DNA of 64,000 nucleotides from Eledone cirrhosa (Eukaryota): NCBI GenBank assembly GCA_964016885.1, contig OZ024741.1, positions 189,410,001 to 189,474,000 of the forward strand. Reading direction: 5' to 3'. Both the position numbers and the translations under genes were made by a program. Shown here piece after piece: positions 1-12,499 of this stretch; position 1 is the stretch's first letter; the number at the start of each line of letters is the position of its first letter. Below the pieces are notes generated by a model. The model was not told where the DNA came from and ran no database searches. It worked only from the letters and a program-made list of their open reading frames with translations.

Positions 1-487
1 TTCAAATTTTCAATGCCCTAGGGACTGCATTAGGCAATTTAGTGATCTCTCTATATAATTTTTAGTCTTTCTTTTTAGATAGATATATAGATATAACGTT
101 GTGCCCTTATAATATCTGTCTGTATGTCTGGCTGTCTGCATTATGATGCTATATGAGTGTGTGTGTATATATGTATATATAGTGTGTGTATATATATGTA
201 TAGTGTGTAACGTTTTTCGAACTATTTACTTCTGCGTTCAAAGATTCATTTTTTTAGTTTCAGAAGATCCCATTAAGGGTGAAAGCAGCGATTCTTTGCT
301 TAAACTTTAATCTGTTATTTTAATATATATATATATAATTATATATTCGTGTACAGATATTTTTGCATACACAATAACAAAATATAAACAAACGTATTTA
401 TTTCACGAGGCTCGATAAGGATAAATATATATCAAATATATAAGAACCCTAGAGCAAATCCTGAGCAATGCCGGGCCATTCTGCTAG
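1..487 (+). mobile_element. Non-autonomous Helitron, 3' part (runs off the window start); same family as 55532-56486
   Basis: Ends with GC hairpin (cctgagcaatgccggg, ~460-475) then CTAG|T at 484-488; colinear and highly similar to ~55670-56486. Confidence 0.8.
256..306 (+). ncRNA. Type I hammerhead-ribozyme-like motif with variant core CAGAAGA
   Basis: Stem I agttt/aaact; CAGAAGA; stem II t-ccc-attaa-ggg-t; GAAA; stem III gca/tgc; CUU triplet. Further copies at 10917, 56000 and 56239. Confidence 0.55.
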
Positions 488-1407
488 TATTCATATAAAA
501 ACAAGTTGGCCATTTTGTTTTGGAATTGTCTCTCTCTCTCTCCATTCTGTAGAGAAGGACAAAGAGGTTGAAGGCATAGAAAAGGGAAGATGTAAGAAAA
601 GAGAAAAGACTTATATATATAATAGAGAAAGAGATATAGACCAAAAACAAATGAACGTACTGCTAAATTATGAATGGGAGTTTAATAGTTTATTCATGAG
701 CCAACGCTAACTTTCATCACCATCATCATCGTTTAACGTCCATTTTCCATGCTGGCATGGGTAGGATGGGCTGTCCCTTTGTGAGAGATCTGATTGGAGG
801 ACCATGTTTATTTTATTTATTTATAGTTTTCAAAACAGCCCTCAGGATCATTTTTTTTTTAATTTCGGTTTTAATTGTGTAAAAATGAAAAAGATTTATT
901 TTTTGGTCCTACCCTTTTCACTGAAAATATATGCAACAATTCATCTAAGAGTAAAGCATAAAATATGCTGACTGTAAAAGGAGTAGTATTCAAAGTTAAC
1001 ACCACTGGACAAAACTAATAATATTTTTATCTAGCTTTTCAATGGACAATTGACAAAGAAAATTTGCTATAATTCCTGTTTTAGTGAAAATACAGTGACC
1101 CTTCTTTATTGATCAAATATTTTGTAATATGTGCCATAATAAATAGTTACTTTCATGAAATACTTGGACACAGCCTGTTACCTCTGCTACTGAATACACA
1201 CATACTTTTTCTAATTTTTTTTTTCTGTTTCTTCTTCTTCTTCTCACTTTATCTTTCTATTTCATCTTTTATTTCTTATTCTATCTTCTGAAGAAGGACT
1301 AGTGTCCGATTTGTAAAGACTCTTTTCCTACTTTATCAAGTGTTAAACAAACATATTTCTTCATTGTACTGTGTTGCTTGCTTTGTGGTTTCTGTTTACT
1401 ATATTAC

Positions 1408-1465
<58 letters not shown>

Positions 1466-1774
1466 TTGACAGTGGCTCTGGTATTTTAATCTTATTGGCC
1501 CTAGTGCTTATTATTTTTTCAAACCTGGTATTTATTTTATCAATCACTATTATTGAACTGTGAAATTACAGAACTTAAACAAACAGTAAACATAACCACA
1601 CACACACACACTCGTGTGTGTGTGTGATGGGCCTCCACATAATTACTGTCTATATAGTTTTTATTTTATTAACAATCCTAGGCTATAGTAGAAGACACTT
1701 GGCCAAAGTGCTATACTGTAGGACTTGGCACAAAATTGTGGTTGTGAAGTGAGCTCTTTAACCATACAAACTTA

Positions 1775-2062
1775 AACCTACAGTCAGTAGGCACCTCTTA
1801 ACCCAATATACACCCCACCTCACACACCCTACCTCATCCTCCCATTTCTGTCCACTGTGTTGCTGACATGGTAAAAAGGCTCCTAGTCCACGCTGTAAAT
1901 GTGGTTGGTGTTAGGAAGGGCATCCAGCCATAGAAAACCTGCCAGAGACACTTCTGTACAAGCAAGTCATGGTCTCCCGACCAATCCTGTATCAAGTGGA
2001 ACAAAACCATCTAACCCATGCTAACATGGAAGATGGATGTTAAACGACGATGATGATGGTGA
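1775..2062 (+). mobile_element. RTE LINE 3' UTR fragment (5'-truncated)
   Basis: gtggttggtgttaggaagggcatccagcc...aacccatgc...gttaaacgacgatgatgatg; matches the 3' end of the 44.3-47.5 kb RTE. Confidence 0.8.
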
Positions 2063-2092
2063 TATATATATACACACATATATATATATATA

Positions 2093-2494
2093 TAGTATTA
2101 GAATAAAGAAACAAAGAACCAGTGTTGCATCATAACATATTTAATAACATATTACATATGTTTCACTGTCGATCAGCTCGAGGAACAACCTACTATTGAT
2201 CGAACCTGACTCTGAAATCGAAAAATCCTCAGATATGCCTCAATACAGAGACGAGCTTACATATTGAGGCATATCTGAGGATCTTTCGTTTCCAAAGTCA
2301 GGTTCGATCAATAATAGATCGTTCCTTGAGCTGATCGACAGTGAAACATATGTAATATGTTATTAAATATGTTATGATGCAACACTGGTTCTTTGTTCCT
2401 TTATTCTTATACTATTAATACTCTGCTCTGCGAGAGCATCGAGTGTTCACCTGGCATACTGCCTACGGATGTAATTATTTTGCACCTCTACACC
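2093..2494. mobile_element. Penelope-like inverted pseudo-LTR pair (~150-bp arms, ~2093-2245 and ~2262-2414) with asymmetric tail
   Basis: Long imperfect palindrome flanked by (TA)n; each arm holds a hammerhead core. Confidence 0.65.
2270..2359 (+). ncRNA. Minimal type I hammerhead-ribozyme motif (mirror copy on minus strand at 2148-2237)
   Basis: catat-CTGAGGA-[~60-nt stem II region]-GAAAC-atat-GTA-atatg; stem I catat/atatg, palindromic mini stem III acatatgt, GUA triplet. Confidence 0.6.
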
Positions 2495-3401
2495 TATATA
2501 TATATATATATGGTCTGGTCTCCACTCTTCCTCATTGATTGCTGAAGTTTGGAGACTATGGACTTGCACCAATGCTCATCTATATGAGGCTGTATCTTTG
2601 TGAGTCTCATCAGGAAAAGAGGGATGTTGGTGGGTCCTTGTCTGACCATTATTCAAAAGCTGGCTACCGAGCCACAGCTCATCCACCTTCATCACAAGGA
2701 TGAAGCTGTTGACCATTTGAAAGGTGGTCACCAAGGTGACAAAGGAGTCCAATTAACCCTGGTTTGGGAATCAGAATTATCCTTCTCTGTGACAGACTGC
2801 CAACCAAGGTTAACAAGCTCTCCTTGATTGGATGGTCATTGACTCTCCTTTGTTCCTCTGCACTTTGATGGGTTTTGTTTTTCATTTCACAGGGTGTAGG
2901 GTGTTCCAAAACCACCCTCTTCACCAAGCAAGTTTGGTGAGGCTGCTGGTTTAATTGCCAATGACCCAACCACGTGACAGGTTATATTGGGTTACATGTT
3001 AACAGTAGCATTGAAGAGCGACCTGACAATATATATCATCACCATCATCATCATCCCCATTTAACATTCATTTTCCACACTAGCATGAGTTAGACGAGTT
3101 ATCCCATTGTGAGACAAACCAGATCAGGTGACCATTTCTTGTTTATATAGAACTGTTTTTGTGTATATATATATATCAGTGTCTATCATCATCGTCATCA
3201 TTTAACATCCTTCCTACACGCTAGCATGGGTAGGATGGGCTGTCCCTTTGTGAGGGATCAGGTTACGTGATTCACTGACACAGAACTGATTTTGGCTTGG
3301 TTTCTACGGCTGGATGCTTTTCCTAATGCCAACCACATTTACAGCATGGACAGGGTGCTTTTTGTCATGGCACCTACATTATATATATATATATAACTGT
3401 T

Positions 3402-3432
<31 letters not shown>

Positions 3433-3703
3433 TTTCTATATATATATATATATATTTCAAATACATAGAAGTAAACATTGGCTGATCTTGTTATTGGACT
3501 GCCACTAGTTCCATTGAAGATTGTTTGATCACCAGAACAGCCTACTCATGAAATTAATGTACAATTAACTGACCTTTCCTCAAATAGGTGTACCCTTAAT
3601 GCAATTCTCAAGAAGATTCGGCTTGACATAATGTGTTAACAAGGCTAAATTAGAAGTACAACCCACTTTTGCTAGCTAACTGAACTGCAGCAATGTGAAT
3701 TAA

Positions 3704-3901
3704 CTCATTAGCATTTAAACCGGCTGTATCCAGCCAGAATTCTCTTACCTCTTTCTCTTCAAACCGGCCGTAACCAGCCACTCATTATGATGTTAAGGTA
3801 TTGTTTTCAAGATAAATAATATTAAAATCAATATTATGTGGGGTAAATCCTTTACCATGAAAATACAATAGTAAATACAGAATAATGTAAATGCTAAAGG
3901 G
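3704..3901. mobile_element. piggyBac-like MITE inserted in a SINE
   Basis: TTAA at 3700-3703 and 3902-3905; ends ..ttagcattta / taaatgctaaaggg; removal restores the SINE motif gcaatgtgaa-ttaa-agtgtcttgctcaaggacac. Confidence 0.8.
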
Positions 3902-5117
3902 TTAAAGTGTCTTGCTCAAGGACACATGATTGAGATCATGTGTTTATTTCTTTGTAATACGTGTTCTTAAGCAAGACACTTCATTGGATTATGGAATCCC
4001 TATATATACACAAAAAGAAGTGAAGATCCTCATAGCTGGAATGTCTTTGATCTTAGATCTGCTCAATAAGAACTAATCCTGGCTAAACAACTACTAGAAG
4101 GCTAAAACGAATTCAGTTAAAACTCAAATGCTAGAGTTTATTGAAAACTGTTTTTATTTCATCTTAGCCCTCTGATTGCTTGACTGCCATCTTTTATTTG
4201 AAAGACAAGCTGTCATGTCTACTGCTGTATCAATATACAAATGACACCACATGCATTCCTTCAGTACACATGTTCAATACCCAATCAGGTTAATCTGTCT
4301 AAGTCTTCCTGATAGCTTAAAAACAACATTGTGTATGTGTGTGTGTGTGTGTGAGAGAGAGTGTGTCTCTGTTTGTGTATATGTGAGATTACGTGTGTAT
4401 GTGTCTTATATCAGTAGCAATAGCAGAAGTAGTAGGATGAGTTGTAGTAGTAGTATCAGTTATATAAAGAGAGATCAATGCTGATATGTTGGTGTCAGTA
4501 TTTAGCAATATCAGTTGATCATCTGATCACTTTAATTAAAGTGGTGATCATATGGAACAAATGCATACCAGTCCTGTTTACATTGGACATGTCCGTTATA
4601 CACACACACACACATACACATACATGCACACATTACATATTCACACTGAGACACTAGTGGATACACAAACATATACATAAAGACACTCATACACACTCAC
4701 ACATAAGAACATATACATAAATGAATACACATAGCTTATTTAAATCTTAAAATGTACATAAGCCTGAGCAGTTACATCATCATCATCGTTTTACATCAAA
4801 GTTTCCATGCTGGCATGGGTTGGATGGGACCTTTTGAACAATGTTTTACAGCCAGATGCCCTTCCTAACGCCACTCCTTTTAGTCACTTTTTACAACAGA
4901 CAGGGATATGGTTTACCTACTCTAAACTGAATAACCACAGCTGCTGATATTCACAATGCAGGTGATTGTTTTGCTGTTGTTTGTATTGTTTTCTTTCTGT
5001 CTGAAGTGTAATGTCTGTTAGGTTAAGGCTGGTGAACATTTGGTGACATGGTCAACAGTTCACATCTTACTACTTTTATTGTGTTACATCTCTAACCATG
5101 CGCAAGAGAAGTACATA

Positions 5118-5366
5118 TAGAGTACAGTCACATGACACCACACTACAGTATAGAGTACAGTCTACATGACACCACACTACAGTGTAAAATACAGTCTACA
5201 TGACACCACACTACAGTATAGAGTAAAGTCACATGACACCACACTACAGTATAGAGTACAGTCACATGACACCACACTACAGTATAGAGTAAAGTCACAT
5301 GACACCACACTACAGTATAGAGTACAGTCACATGACACCACACTACAGTATAGAGTACAGTCACAT
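5118..5366. repeat. 33-bp minisatellite, ~7.5 copies (agagtacagtcacatgacaccacactacagtat)
   Basis: Near-perfect tandem units; 11-aa periodicity in the overlapping spurious ORFs. Confidence 0.95.
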
Positions 5367-5897
5367 AAGAGAAGTACATACAGACATGACTGTGTGGTTA
5401 AAATGTTTGCTTCACAATTACATGCTTTCATAGCCCTCAGGTTGTGCAAAGCCTTGCAAGTGAATATTGGTAAACAGAAACTGGCAGCCTATCAGATGGA
5501 GAGTTTTTTGTTCTTGAGTGATAGATTTAATCTAATGTCTGCTTTAACACCACCACTTGGTTCTTAAGTGGAATTAATTCTCTTACAAGCAGTCAGGTCA
5601 GATCTCCAATCTGATAATGATATTAACTCTTCCTTCTGCCAATCTTCGAGCCTCTGAAACATGTCATCAACACTGTCATTCCTCTTCTGGTTAAGTCAAA
5701 AATTTTAAAAATTAAAAGCATGCCACATGATTCTACTTTCTATAATTTGTGTGTCTGGCCTTCACCTATGTTCCATACAATCCTTTATATTTGAGTAGTT
5801 TTATGTTAGAAAGGGACATCATCCAACTGTAAAAACAATTGTTCCAATGCGCACACATACACATACACAACATGCACACACACACACATGCACCCCT

Positions 5898-5948
<51 letters not shown>

Positions 5949-5964
5949 GTATTATGCTGTACTA

Positions 5965-6738
5965 CAGAAGACCTGTCTTCAACTAGCCTGCAACTAGCAT
6001 TCCCCTACACCTCACCTTCACCAACTAAATACCCCACTCACCTCCCCACCTTCCACATTCCTGTGGTACCTCTTCTGTCATGCTCAACCTCTACATACGA
6101 GCATGGAAAGTTGAATGCTCCAAATCTGCTCCTCCTCTTCCATAATGCTGCTGCCACCACAAAAAACACTTTGTCCACTCTGTATGGCGATCTGGTACTA
6201 TAACAACAGAAACACCCAGTCCATCCTGTAAGGAGGTTGTACTGATTACACAAAAAGAAACCAGTCCAAATGCATTCTGTAAGATGGTAATGCTGGTGAT
6301 ATAGCAGGAGGCCCCAGTTCACTATATATAGAAGTTGTACTGGTGACAGAGAAAAAAAAACACTCAGTACACCCTGTAAGGTGCCAATGCTGGTGGCACA
6401 ACAAAACACACCTAGTTCACCCTCGGTACTTTTTTGTTGTATCAACAAAAATGTACCCAGTCAACCCTGTAGGCTGAGCATGCTGGTGAAACATCAAAAT
6501 GCACCCAGTCTACCCTGTAAGGTTGTATGCTGGTGATACGACAAAAAAGCACCCAGTCCACACTGTAATGTGGTTGGTGTTAGGAAGAGCATCCAGCTGT
6601 AGAAACTAAGCCACAATACCTGGCCCATATGAGCAAGACATACACACACTCCTAACCCAACTCGTCTCATAATGCGATGACCCATCTAACCCATGCAAGC
6701 ATGAAAAATGGACATTAAATGATGATGATGATGATGAT
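5965..6738 (+). mobile_element. RTE 3' fragment with expanded ~45-50-bp degenerate subrepeats in the 3' UTR
   Basis: Repeated cacccagtcxaccctgtaagg units at 6170-6570 followed by the standard RTE tail ending (gat)n. Confidence 0.7.
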
Positions 6739-7033
6739 ATAATAATTACTAAAATCCCTAAAGAGAGTCCACAACATTTCGGCTAGCCTGCATTACAATC
6801 ATTTCATATATTTATATATTCATAGAAAAATGTAGGAATCCTGGATGCAGAAAATAACTGTAGCCACAGTCAATTGCTATAAATGTTAGCTTAGAAAATC
6901 AAGTAAAATACTCCTACAGATGGAAAAATTGCCCAACAGCTGCTGTGAAGAAGCAAACTCTATATCTCTCAAATTCCGACTGAGTGCTCTAACCATTGAG
7001 CTAAGGGACTTCTGACAACAGCTTCTGTCTTAA

Positions 7034-7587
7034 CCCTATCATTTAAACTAGCCATATCTGGCCAGAATTCTCTCACCTTTTTCTGTTCAAACTGGCTGTA
7101 ACCAGCTGCTCATACTTATGTTAAGGGATTGTTCTCAAAGTAAATAATATTATAATTGTTTCTACTTTTGGCACAAGGCCAGCAATTACCCCAGTGCATT
7201 ACTGGTACTTTATTTGATCGACCCTGTAAGGATGAAAGGCAAAGTTAACCTGAGTGGGATTTGAACTCAGAATGTAAACCCTGTTCTGCAAAGCATAGTG
7301 TCTGACGCTCTACCAATACTGCCGATATAATTGTTTCTACTTTTCACACAAGGCCAGCAAATACCCAGTATATTACTGGTACTTTATTTTATCGACCCCT
7401 TAAGGATGAAAGGCAAAGTTAACCTCGACGGGATTTGAACTCAGATAGTAAAGGGATGTAACTATGCTAGAAAGCATGGTGTCCAACCCTCTACCGATAC
7501 TGCCAATTCAGTGAGACAATTATGTGAGATAAGGCCTTTACCATGAAAATACAATAGTAAATATAGAGTAATGTAAATGCTAAAAGG
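7034..7587. mobile_element. piggyBac-like MITE containing two tandem minus-strand SINEs (~7155-7325, ~7329-7510)
   Basis: TTAA|CCC at 7030-7036 and taaatgctaaaagg|TTAA at 7588-7591; internal sequence matches the MITE at 3704. Confidence 0.75.
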
Positions 7588-7801
7588 TTAATTAAATAGC
7601 TATACAAAGAGGTTTGAAAAATATGGAGTTTGATTCTTCTCTTTTCCACCTTCAGTGGTATTTTGTCCAGTTTTGTAAGCTATTATTTATAGCAATCAAC
7701 TCTGTTTGCAGTTATTTTCTGCATCCTGGATTCCTACATTTTTCTGTAAATTTCGTAACTACCCAGCACTTCGATAATTCAATATTTTGCATATATATAT
7801 A

Positions 7802-8677
7802 TCATCATCATCATCGTTTAACATCTATCTTCCATGTTAGCATGCGTTAGATGGGTTTGTCCCATTTGAGGCAAGTTGGATCGCTTGTATAGGACTGTTT
7901 CTGGCTGGTTTTCTACAGCTGGATACCCTTCCTACATGACCACTTTATAGTGTGGACTGGGTGCTTTTTGTCATGACACCTACAGGACCACTTTACAGTG
8001 GACTGGATATTTTGTGGCACAAACATAACTTTACAGAGTAAGGGTGTGTGGGTGGAAGTGGAAGGGAGGTGTAGGGGTGTGGGGTGTATATTGGATTAAG
8101 AGGTGCCTACTGAGTGTACGTTTAAGTCAGTGTGCAAGGGAAGGTGGGTCTTCTGTATTACTGCATAGCACCAAAGATCTCTATCCTGTGTCATTGTCTT
8201 AGAGAGGTTCAAGTGTACAAGGTCAGCTTTTATCACCTCGTCCTAGGTCTTTCTGAATCTACCTACTCCGTAACTTCCATCAATTTTGATCACCCTGCAC
8301 TTTTTTATACAGCTGCCATCCTTCATACGCATCACATGACCCCACCAACGCAATCTCCTCTCTAGTAAACTACATCTGATCCCTCTTATGCCTAATTTCT
8401 CACTTAGTTCGTTTACACTTTGCTCAGAGCATGCATGCTCCGTTTCTTTCCAATCTGCGCAGATCCTCTGCACACAATGCCCATGTCCCACTGCCATGTA
8501 ACATTGCTGTTCGTATACAAGCATCATACAATCTGCCTTTCATTTTTAGAGAGAAACCTTTTGTGGCCAACAGTGGCATTAGTTATCTGAACTTTTTCCA
8601 CCCCGTTCTTACTCTGACTGCTGTACTTTCAGAACACCCTCCTCCACTGCTGATGTTGTCACCCAGGTAACAGAAAG
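7802..8677 (-). mobile_element. 5'-truncated RTE LINE (RT C-terminus + 3' UTR), frameshifted
   Basis: ERRLRWWGHVMRMKDGSCIKKCR and FCYLGDNISSGGGCSES homology; (cat)n tail. Confidence 0.9.
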
Positions 8678-9419
8678 TTGTATATATATTAATTTCAGAA
8701 ACACTGAAGATTCAAAGCATTATCAAACTGACAAATGTTTCTGCGGGGCTAGAATTTCTATCATTGGAAATTATAATATTATAATTTAATCCATAGGCAT
8801 CAATTCATGATTGGCTTCATCAGATTTTATTAAGGGCTTCATTAATATTTCACGTATAGTAACAGTTCATTACATTAAAGGTCTCATTTCCCTTTACGGT
8901 CTGAGTTCAAATCCCGCCGAGGTTGACTTTGCCTTTCATCCTTATGGGGTCGATAAAATAAAGTACCAGTAATGCACTGGGTAATTGCTGGCCTTGTGCC
9001 TAAAGTAGAAACAATTAATTATTCATTGTGGTAACAATTTACAGGAGTTTGCAAAAAAAAAAATAAATAAAAACAATTTCTAAGAACCATTCAAAAACAG
9101 TTCAAGTATAGCAATGCTGGAGAGATGACTTTGTTTGTGAGAGTTAGAGAGAATCTTATTTTGAGTTACAATTACTCAGGATCTTTGAAAGGTTGTATTT
9201 ATACGTTTAGAGTCATTATTAAAAGAAGTTTCTCATTAACAAAACCGCATGTACACATTTTGAGAAGTGCCAAGGTCATACTTATAGTTTGGTTCAAAGG
9301 TGTCAATGGTTGCATGTATAACAGCTCTGCATGACCCCCCCCCCCCCACTGCATTGAGCTTTTAATCAACCAGTAAATGAGTTTAACTACTCCAGTTAAT
9401 ATGATCATAATATTACATC

Positions 9420-9449
<30 letters not shown>

Positions 9450-9450
<1 letters not shown>

Positions 9451-10985
9451 ACAAAGAACAAAGAGGGTGTGGTAAGATACCAGATGGACCATAACGCACC
9501 AGAGTACTCAACACTTAGGGTAGTAGAATGGGTAATAGGAAAAGAGTCAGGACTCCGACGGCTAAGCTCTGGCTGTTTCAACAGCTAGATCCAAACTCAG
9601 TTCGGATCTAGCTTTCAAAATGGCTGGAGCTCAGCTGTCGGGGTCCTAACCGCCAATAGATTCAAGCAGCGTCTTTACATGCATACCCATTCTTTTCGTT
9701 ACCCTCTAAGAAGGAATATGACGTCACTTTTAGCTTATATCTGGAGTCTAAAAGACAACCACACCCAATATAAGTTACACTGGGAGATCCTAGCTAGGGC
9801 TAGATCGTATAACGGAAATAAAAGACCATGTGACCTCTGCGCCGCTGAGGCCCTGGAAATACTCTACGCCACAGACCACATCTTAAACAAAAAATCTGAG
9901 GCAATTTCGGCTTGTAAACTTTCCTGTATTACAGCCCCACGTTATACCCTAACGGATAGTACGATCTATGCGTGGATATTTTACGTCTTGATGTGGGAGC
10001 TAAGTATATGTTTTGTTTATACCATTACTTATTTGCATTGGTAAGTATTTATTACCTGTATGTTTTGTGAAGGTACGTATACCTTCTCATATGTATATTT
10101 GATTGTTTATGTTATGGCGTATAATTTTATATATTCTGGTACATATGGTTTGGCTATGTGTATACAGGAGTTTTGCGTCTGTGTGAGTTTGCTGGTTCAT
10201 ACGTATGTGGGTGTGTGTATATGTGTACTTCATGTTTTGGTTGACTTACGTCTCCGAACATTCGTGTATTTACATGTAGGTATGTGTGTGCGCTTGTTAT
10301 ATACGTATTTATTTATTTATATACGTTTATATAATTATTTATTTATTTGTATATAATTATTTATTTATTTGTATACACGCATACACACACACATATTTAT
10401 ATGTGCGTGGTTTTGTATACCTATGGTAAGTGTTTTGCGTATGCTTGTGTATATACGTATTTGTTTGCGTGTATGTATTTATTTATTTCTATTACTTCTG
10501 TATTGTATTTATTTACTTTGTTCTTAACTCTGTAGCGGAGATTCATTCGGTCTCCTAGTTAGAATTTTAGTCTACGACTTCTGCTATACCATTTACGTGG
10601 TTTTGTCTTTGCGTGCTATTGTTCTCCACGCTCCACATATGACGTATTATCCTCGTTTTTTTCGTTCATTGCTAGAGAACGTCTCAATGAACCACCTGAG
10701 AGAACATTAGTCTACGACCTCTCTTATACCATAAACGTGGTTCTGTCTTTGCGCGTAATTGTTTTTCACTGCTCCTATTAATGACGTATTATATTCGTTT
10801 TTTTCCCGTTCTTTGCCAGGGAACATTTCCACGAACCAAAGTATCGTCTTCCTGTCTTCCTCCGGTTGCAACGTTTTTTGAAATATCCACTTCTGCGTTT
10901 ACAGATTAACTTTGTTAGTTTCAGAAGATCCCGTTAAGGGTGAAAGCAGCGATTTTTTGCTTAAACTTTAATCTGTTATTTTAAT
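9450..10985 (+). mobile_element. Penelope-like retroelement remnant: inverted pseudo-LTR piece, GIY-YIG endonuclease C-terminal part, long tail with hammerhead motif
   Basis: ~9650-9920 encodes FKQRLYMHTHSF..TSLLAYIWSLK..WEILARA..CDLCAAE..LNKKSE, typical of the PLE GIY-YIG C-terminus; hairpin 9549-9648; hammerhead motif 10917-10967. Confidence 0.7.
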
Positions 10986-11033
10986 AAATATATATATATA
11001 TATATATGCAAGCATGGAAGATGGACGTTAAAA

Positions 11034-11066
<33 letters not shown>

Positions 11067-11166
11067 ATATACATATATACATATATATGAAATACATGAT
11101 TTGTGGTAATAAGGGACATCCTTCCAGATTTATAAACCAATTATTCCAACATACTCACAGATAGAC

Positions 11167-11950
11167 ATCATCCTCATCACTGTTTTACGTCCGTTCTTCC
11201 ATGCTAGCATGGGTTAGACGGGTTGTCCTGTTGTGGGCAGTGTCTGATCGGTTGACCATGCCTTGCTCATACAGGAACTGATTTTGGCTTGATTTCTACA
11301 GCTGGATGCCCTTCCTAACACCAACCTCATTTACAGTGAGTGCTGGGTGCTTTTTCTGTGGCGCCTACATGTTCACTTTACAGTGTGGGCTGGGTGCCTT
11401 TTTGCCGTGGCACCTCCACGACCACCTTGCAGTGGGAGGGTGTGGGGGCATATTGTCTATATGCTTCAGCTTGTACCCATGGGAGGTGGGGTACTCTGTA
11501 TTACTGCGTGACGCCAGAGGTCACGGTCGTGTGTCATCGCCTTTGAGAGGTGTAATTGGGTAAGGCCGGCTTTTATCACCTCATCCCAGGTCTTCTTGGG
11601 TCTCCCCACTCCTCGGTTTCCACTGACTTCTAGTGCTCTGCACCTTTTTATGCAGCTGTCATCCTTCATATGCATCACATGTCCATACCAACGCAACCGC
11701 CTCTCCTGCACACAGCATTTGATTCCTCTTATGCTCAGTCTCTCTCTCAATTCAGTTATGCTTTGTCGTTTGCGTATATTACTATTTCACATCCATCGGA
11801 GCATGCAGGCTTCGTTTCTTTCTAATTTACGTAAGTCTTCCACCTTCAGCGTCCAGGTCTCACTACCATGTAACATTGCTGTTCGGATACACACATCATA
11901 CAGTCTGCCTTTCATTTTGAGGGAGAAGCCTTTTGCAGCTAGAAGTGGCA
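11167..11950 (-). mobile_element. 5'-truncated copy of the 44.3-47.5 kb RTE family
   Basis: Highly similar to 44281-45062; RERLSIRGIKCCVQERRLRWYGHV. Confidence 0.95.
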
Positions 11951-12499
11951 GTCCTATCTATACACACCTATCTATATGCCATCTCACCCATAGTTGAGTG
12001 GTTAATGGTTTGAGGTTTGGAGATCTATTTTCTGGAGTGTGTATACATCTATCCTGAAAAGTAATTTTTCAGTGTGTTTACAGAAGTGGTTTTGTTTCAT
12101 ATCATTTGTACTAATTATAAATAAGATAATAGTCATATTCTTTAACTGTCATAACAGTGTAATTCTCTAGCATTACATCTCATTACTGCATAATATTACA
12201 GTGGTTAGGGTGTTGGTCTCAAGATTATAAGATCATGAGTTCGATTGCCAGATTAGGTGGCACATTGTGTCCTTGTGCAAGCCACTTCATTTCATGTTGC
12301 TCTAGTCCATTCAGCTGAAAATATGCAACAGCAGCAGCTGGGAGGTTAAACTTACAATAGATTAGCATCTTATCCAGGGGATAATCTTGTATTCCCAACT
12401 GCTTCATGCCCATGAAATTAGCATAAGCTCCAGCCTAATGAGCCTTTAGTCTCAAGTAAGACAAAATGTAAATGTTGATAATTAGTACACTGTTGTCAA

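Noticed and set aside
1285-1330. Hammerhead motif (related copy on minus strand at ~53011-53055)
   Set aside because: Core boxes mutated in both copies; at most decayed Penelope remnants
2940-3010. HDV-like ribozyme in a possible decayed LINE leader (minus strand)
   Set aside because: Only partial P1/P3-like pairing; no P2 or catalytic J4/2 found
5118-5366. CRISPR-like array
   Set aside because: Contiguous tandem units with no unique spacers, no cas genes, eukaryotic context
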